32,032 nucleotides of DNA from a bacterium (GTDB lineage Bacteria; JAJRZV01): contig JAJRZV010000108.1 of assembly GCA_024275095.1 (NCBI GenBank), positions 1 to 32,032 on the forward strand, given 5' to 3'. Both the position numbers and the translations under genes were made by a program. Shown in pieces: positions 29,228 to 32,032 of the stretch. Each line of letters opens with the position of its first letter. The first letter of the stretch is position 1. The notes under the pieces were generated by a model. That model worked only from the letters and a program-made list of their open reading frames with translations, made no database searches and had not been told where the DNA came from.

Positions 29228-29491
29228 ATGTTTGTAATTATGGTTTACGATGTAAATGAGAAAAGGGTTACCAGGGTTCTGAAAACAGCGAGAAAGTTCC
29301 TTACATGGGTTCAAAATTCAGTTCTTGAAGGCGAAATCACAGGAGCGAAATATGAAAAATTGAAATACGAAATCAAAAAAATCATAAACGAGGATGAAGA
29401 TTCAGTTATTTTTTATATTTTCAGAACAAGGCTTTACACATCAAGGGAAATAATGGGCGTTGAAAAAGGAAAAGAGGAAGTAATAATTTGA
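29228..29491 (+). CDS. cas2: CRISPR-associated Cas2
   Basis: MFVIMVYDV, WVQNSVLEG, EDSVIFY. Confidence 0.96.
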   Translation: MFVIMVYDVNEKRVTRVLKTARKFLTWVQNSVLEGEITGAKYEKLKYEIKKIINEDEDSVIFYIFRTRLYTSREIMGVEKGKEEVII

Positions 29492-29497
29492 ATTTAA

Positions 29498-30493
29498 ATG
29501 AAAAAGACAATTTACATTTTCTCTAACGGAGAGTTAAAAAGGAAACAAAACACCCTTTATTTTGAATCTTCAGACGGTGGTAAAAAATACATCCCGGTTG
29601 AGAATACAGGAGAAATACTTGTTTTTGGAGAGGTAACTATAAACAAAAAACTTATCGATTTTTTATCTCAGCATGAGATTGTTCTTCATTTTTATAATTA
29701 CTACGGGTTCTACTCAGGCACTTATTATCCACGTGAACATTACAATGCGGGCATAATCTTGTTAAAACAGGTTCAGCATTACCTTGATAATGATAAAAGG
29801 AGCATTCTCGCGAGAGGGTTTGTTAAAGGTGCTTTTGAGAACATCCAGAAGGTGCTTCAGTATTATAAAAACAGAGGAAGCGACCTTGAAGATGAAATAC
29901 AGAGAATATCTGAGTTTGAAGACCTGCTTGAAAACGCGAGTTCAATAGAAGAACTGATGGCTTTTGAGGGTAATGTAAGGGATATATACTACAGGTCATT
30001 CAACAAAATAATTAACAATGAAGATTTTTACTTTACAGGAAGGCGAAGAAGACCCCCGGGAAGCAGGATGGATGCTCTTATAAGTTTTGGCAACTCTCTG
30101 CTTTACACATTTTGTCTTTCAGAGATTTACAAAACTCATCTTGACCCCCGGATTGGTTTTCTCCACGCATCAAATTTCAGAAGGTTTTCTTTAAATCTTG
30201 ATATAGCAGAAGTTTTCAAACCAATTGTTGTGGACAGGTTGATTTTTTCGCTTGTGAATAAAGGTATTTTAAAGAAGGAACACTTTATTGATGAGATGGG
30301 CGGGCTTTACCTTGATGAAAAAGGAAGGAAAATCTTTGTTAAAGAAATAGACGAAAAATTAAAAAGCACTCTCAAGCACAGAAAACTCGGAAGGCACGTC
30401 TCATACAGGACATTAATCAAAATGGAACTTCACAAAGTTGAGAAGCATTTAATAGGTGAGGAAATGTATGCCCCCTTTGTAGCATGGTGGTGA
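29498..30493 (+). CDS. cas1: CRISPR-associated Cas1 (I-B HMARI/TNEAP-like clade)
   Basis: YIFSNGELKRKQNTL, LMAFEG, DALISFGNSLLY, LDPRIGFLH, SLNLDIAEVFKP. Confidence 0.97.
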   Translation: MKKTIYIFSNGELKRKQNTLYFESSDGGKKYIPVENTGEILVFGEVTINKKLIDFLSQHEIVLHFYNYYGFYSGTYYPREHYNAGIILLKQVQHYLDNDKRSILARGFVKGAFENIQKVLQYYKNRGSDLEDEIQRISEFEDLLENASSIEELMAFEGNVRDIYYRSFNKIINNEDFYFTGRRRRPPGSRMDALISFGNSLLYTFCLSEIYKTHLDPRIGFLHASNFRRFSLNLDIAEVFKPIVVDRLIFSLVNKGILKKEHFIDEMGGLYLDEKGRKIFVKEIDEKLKSTLKHRKLGRHVSYRTLIKMELHKVEKHLIGEEMYAPFVAWW

Positions 30494-30661
30494 GAAAATC
30501 GTCCAAGTGTGATAATGCAAAAACACCTGGAGATAGACGATAAAACCTAACGCTAAAAAGTTCTGGAAAATCAGGGAAATATAATGTACTATCTATTTCA
30601 GGAAGTGTTATTATGCGTTCTTTGATATTTGAAGATGTTAATAATATAGAGAACAAAATGG
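30494..30661 (+). promoter_or_regulatory. CRISPR leader
   Basis: 168-nt AT-rich non-coding stretch between the cas1 stop and the first repeat. Confidence 0.75.
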
Positions 30662-31687
30662 GTTTGCAGCCTACCTATGAGGAATTGAAATAATATTCGC
30701 TTAAAATTTCAGGAATTAGAACTTCACGTTTGCAGCCTACCTATGAGGAATTGAAATATTTCATGTATATATAGTTCTTTCGGACTCGCCCACTGTTTGC
30801 AGCCTACCTATGAGGAATTGAAATCTATAGAGTCCTCTATGGGGAATTCGCGAGCACTCGTTTGCAGCCTACCTATGAGGAATTGAAATAGGAATATGGC
30901 AAAATACCGGCCTCCAAAGCCGGAGGTTTGCAGCCTACCTATGAGTAATTGAAATCGAGTTCGTCATACCGCCGAGCTACAGCCATCGCCTCGTTTGCAG
31001 CCTACCTATGAGGAATTGAAATTCGCCTCGATAATCCTGTCGGGCTCTCCGCTGCTCGGTTTGCAGCCTACCTATGAGGAATTGAAATTCAAGTATTTTT
31101 CTCATAAGCCTACCGACTATCACAGTTTGCAGCCTACCTATGAGGAATTGAAATCTGAGAGGAATAAAGCTTACAACGGGAGCGAATCTCTGTTTGCAGC
31201 CTACCTATGAGGAATTGAAATCGCATCCATTCTCTGACGCATAAGGGCATTTAATCCGTTTGCAGCCTACCTATGAGGAATTGAAATTAAACTTGCTGTT
31301 CATGGTCTGTTCTAAAAGTCAGTGTTTGCAGCCTACCTATGAGGAATTGAAATCTACTGGCTCTGGGTCGGCCTTGAGAACCTTTTTGTCCGTTTGCAGC
31401 CTACCTATGAGGAATTGAAATATCTCACACCCCACCCTCTTGTGTTGATCCGGGAGGTTTGCAGCCTACCTATGAGGAATTGAAATATGAGAGGTTTAAC
31501 GTCCGCCAGCCCTGTCGTGGGAGTTTGCAGCCTACCTATGAGGAATTGAAATCATCAGCTGGTGCTTCTTCTTCAGTTGAAAGCGTCAGTTTGCAGCCTA
31601 CCTATGAGGAATTGAAATTGCTGATGAGGGGACGATAATATCGGGATACTTCCGCGGGTTTGCAGCCTACCTATGAGGAATTGAAAG
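30662..31687 (+). CRISPR. CRISPR array: 16 repeats of 30 nt (GTTTGCAGCCTACCTATGAGGAATTGAAAT), 15 spacers of 35-39 nt
   Basis: Repeat starts at 30662, 30728, 30795, 30860, 30926, 30993, 31059, 31125, 31192, 31258, 31324, 31392, 31457, 31523, 31589, 31658. Repeat 5 has G>T at 30946 and the last repeat ends in G. The ATTGAAAN 3' end and upstream leader indicate plus-strand transcription. Confidence 0.99.
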
Positions 31688-31889
31688 GAATTACCAACAA
31701 AAACTCTTCCATCCTCTATCCCGGTTCGGATCCATCTTCTACAGTTGCATTTCAAAAGTTATTAAAAATCCGGCAGTCATGAGCATACAAAATCTTTTTG
31801 GCACTACACTGGATGGTTTTATCTGAACATGGCGTTTCTTTAATACGTCTCAAAATATTTAATCATCACCTTCGGGGTTTAATTTCCTC

Positions 31890-31979
31890 TTGCCAGACCC
31901 GGGAAAAAATACCCTTGCCCTGCAGATTATGGATGTCTTAAAGATCCCTTCTCATTATGCAAATGCTGATGAAACCTGA
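31890..31979 (+). pseudogene. possible remnant of an AAA_14/DUF4143-type ATPase
   Basis: Reads (QT)-GKNTLALQIMDVLKIPSHYANADET*, resembling the RQxGKTTL...HYASADEP segment of these ATPases; short and broken. Confidence 0.3.
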
Positions 31980-32032
31980 GAAAACACCTAACACGAATAA
32001 AGCTTTTTAACATCCTGGATTATAAAAATACA

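Noticed and set aside
30692-31657. Self-targeting spacers within this window
   Set aside because: Only short matches of about 10 nt were noticed by eye (e.g. spacer 14 versus about 4961). An exhaustive alignment was not possible.
30995-31755. ORFs 30995..31210 and 31573..31755
   Set aside because: They are translations of CRISPR repeats and spacers.
31688-31770. Additional degenerate repeat after the array
   Set aside because: GTTGCA...AAAAAT similarity is weak and the spacing (about 56 nt) does not fit the array period.

Overview
Bacterial chromosomal window with two parts. Left (1-16.9 kb, all minus strand, moderate GC) holds housekeeping genes: a tightly coupled pccB-biotin carboxylase-BCCP-methylmalonyl-CoA mutase-dnaX-recR-porG run (the biotin carboxylase carries one in-frame TAG), arsC, an MBL-fold hydrolase, a small surface-polysaccharide cluster, clpB and a GT4 glycosyltransferase. 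Right (17.1-31.7 kb, plus strand) is a CRISPR island. It opens with debris: a cas6 5' stub fused to an IS3/IS481-like integrase fragment, then a decayed MNT-HEPN pair. An AT-rich hybrid locus follows, in which a four-gene type III-F-like effector module (HD-containing Cas10 without GGDD, Cas5, Cas11-like, single Cas7) sits inside a type I-A-like operon (cas3', cas3'', cas8a, cas7, cas5). It ends with cas4-cas6-cas2-cas1 and one 16-repeat array. The best leads are the nested III-F/I-A hybrid sharing one Cas6 and one array, and a probable hidden Cas11 translated from an internal RBS in cas8a. All family calls come from motif recognition by eye; no database searches were run.
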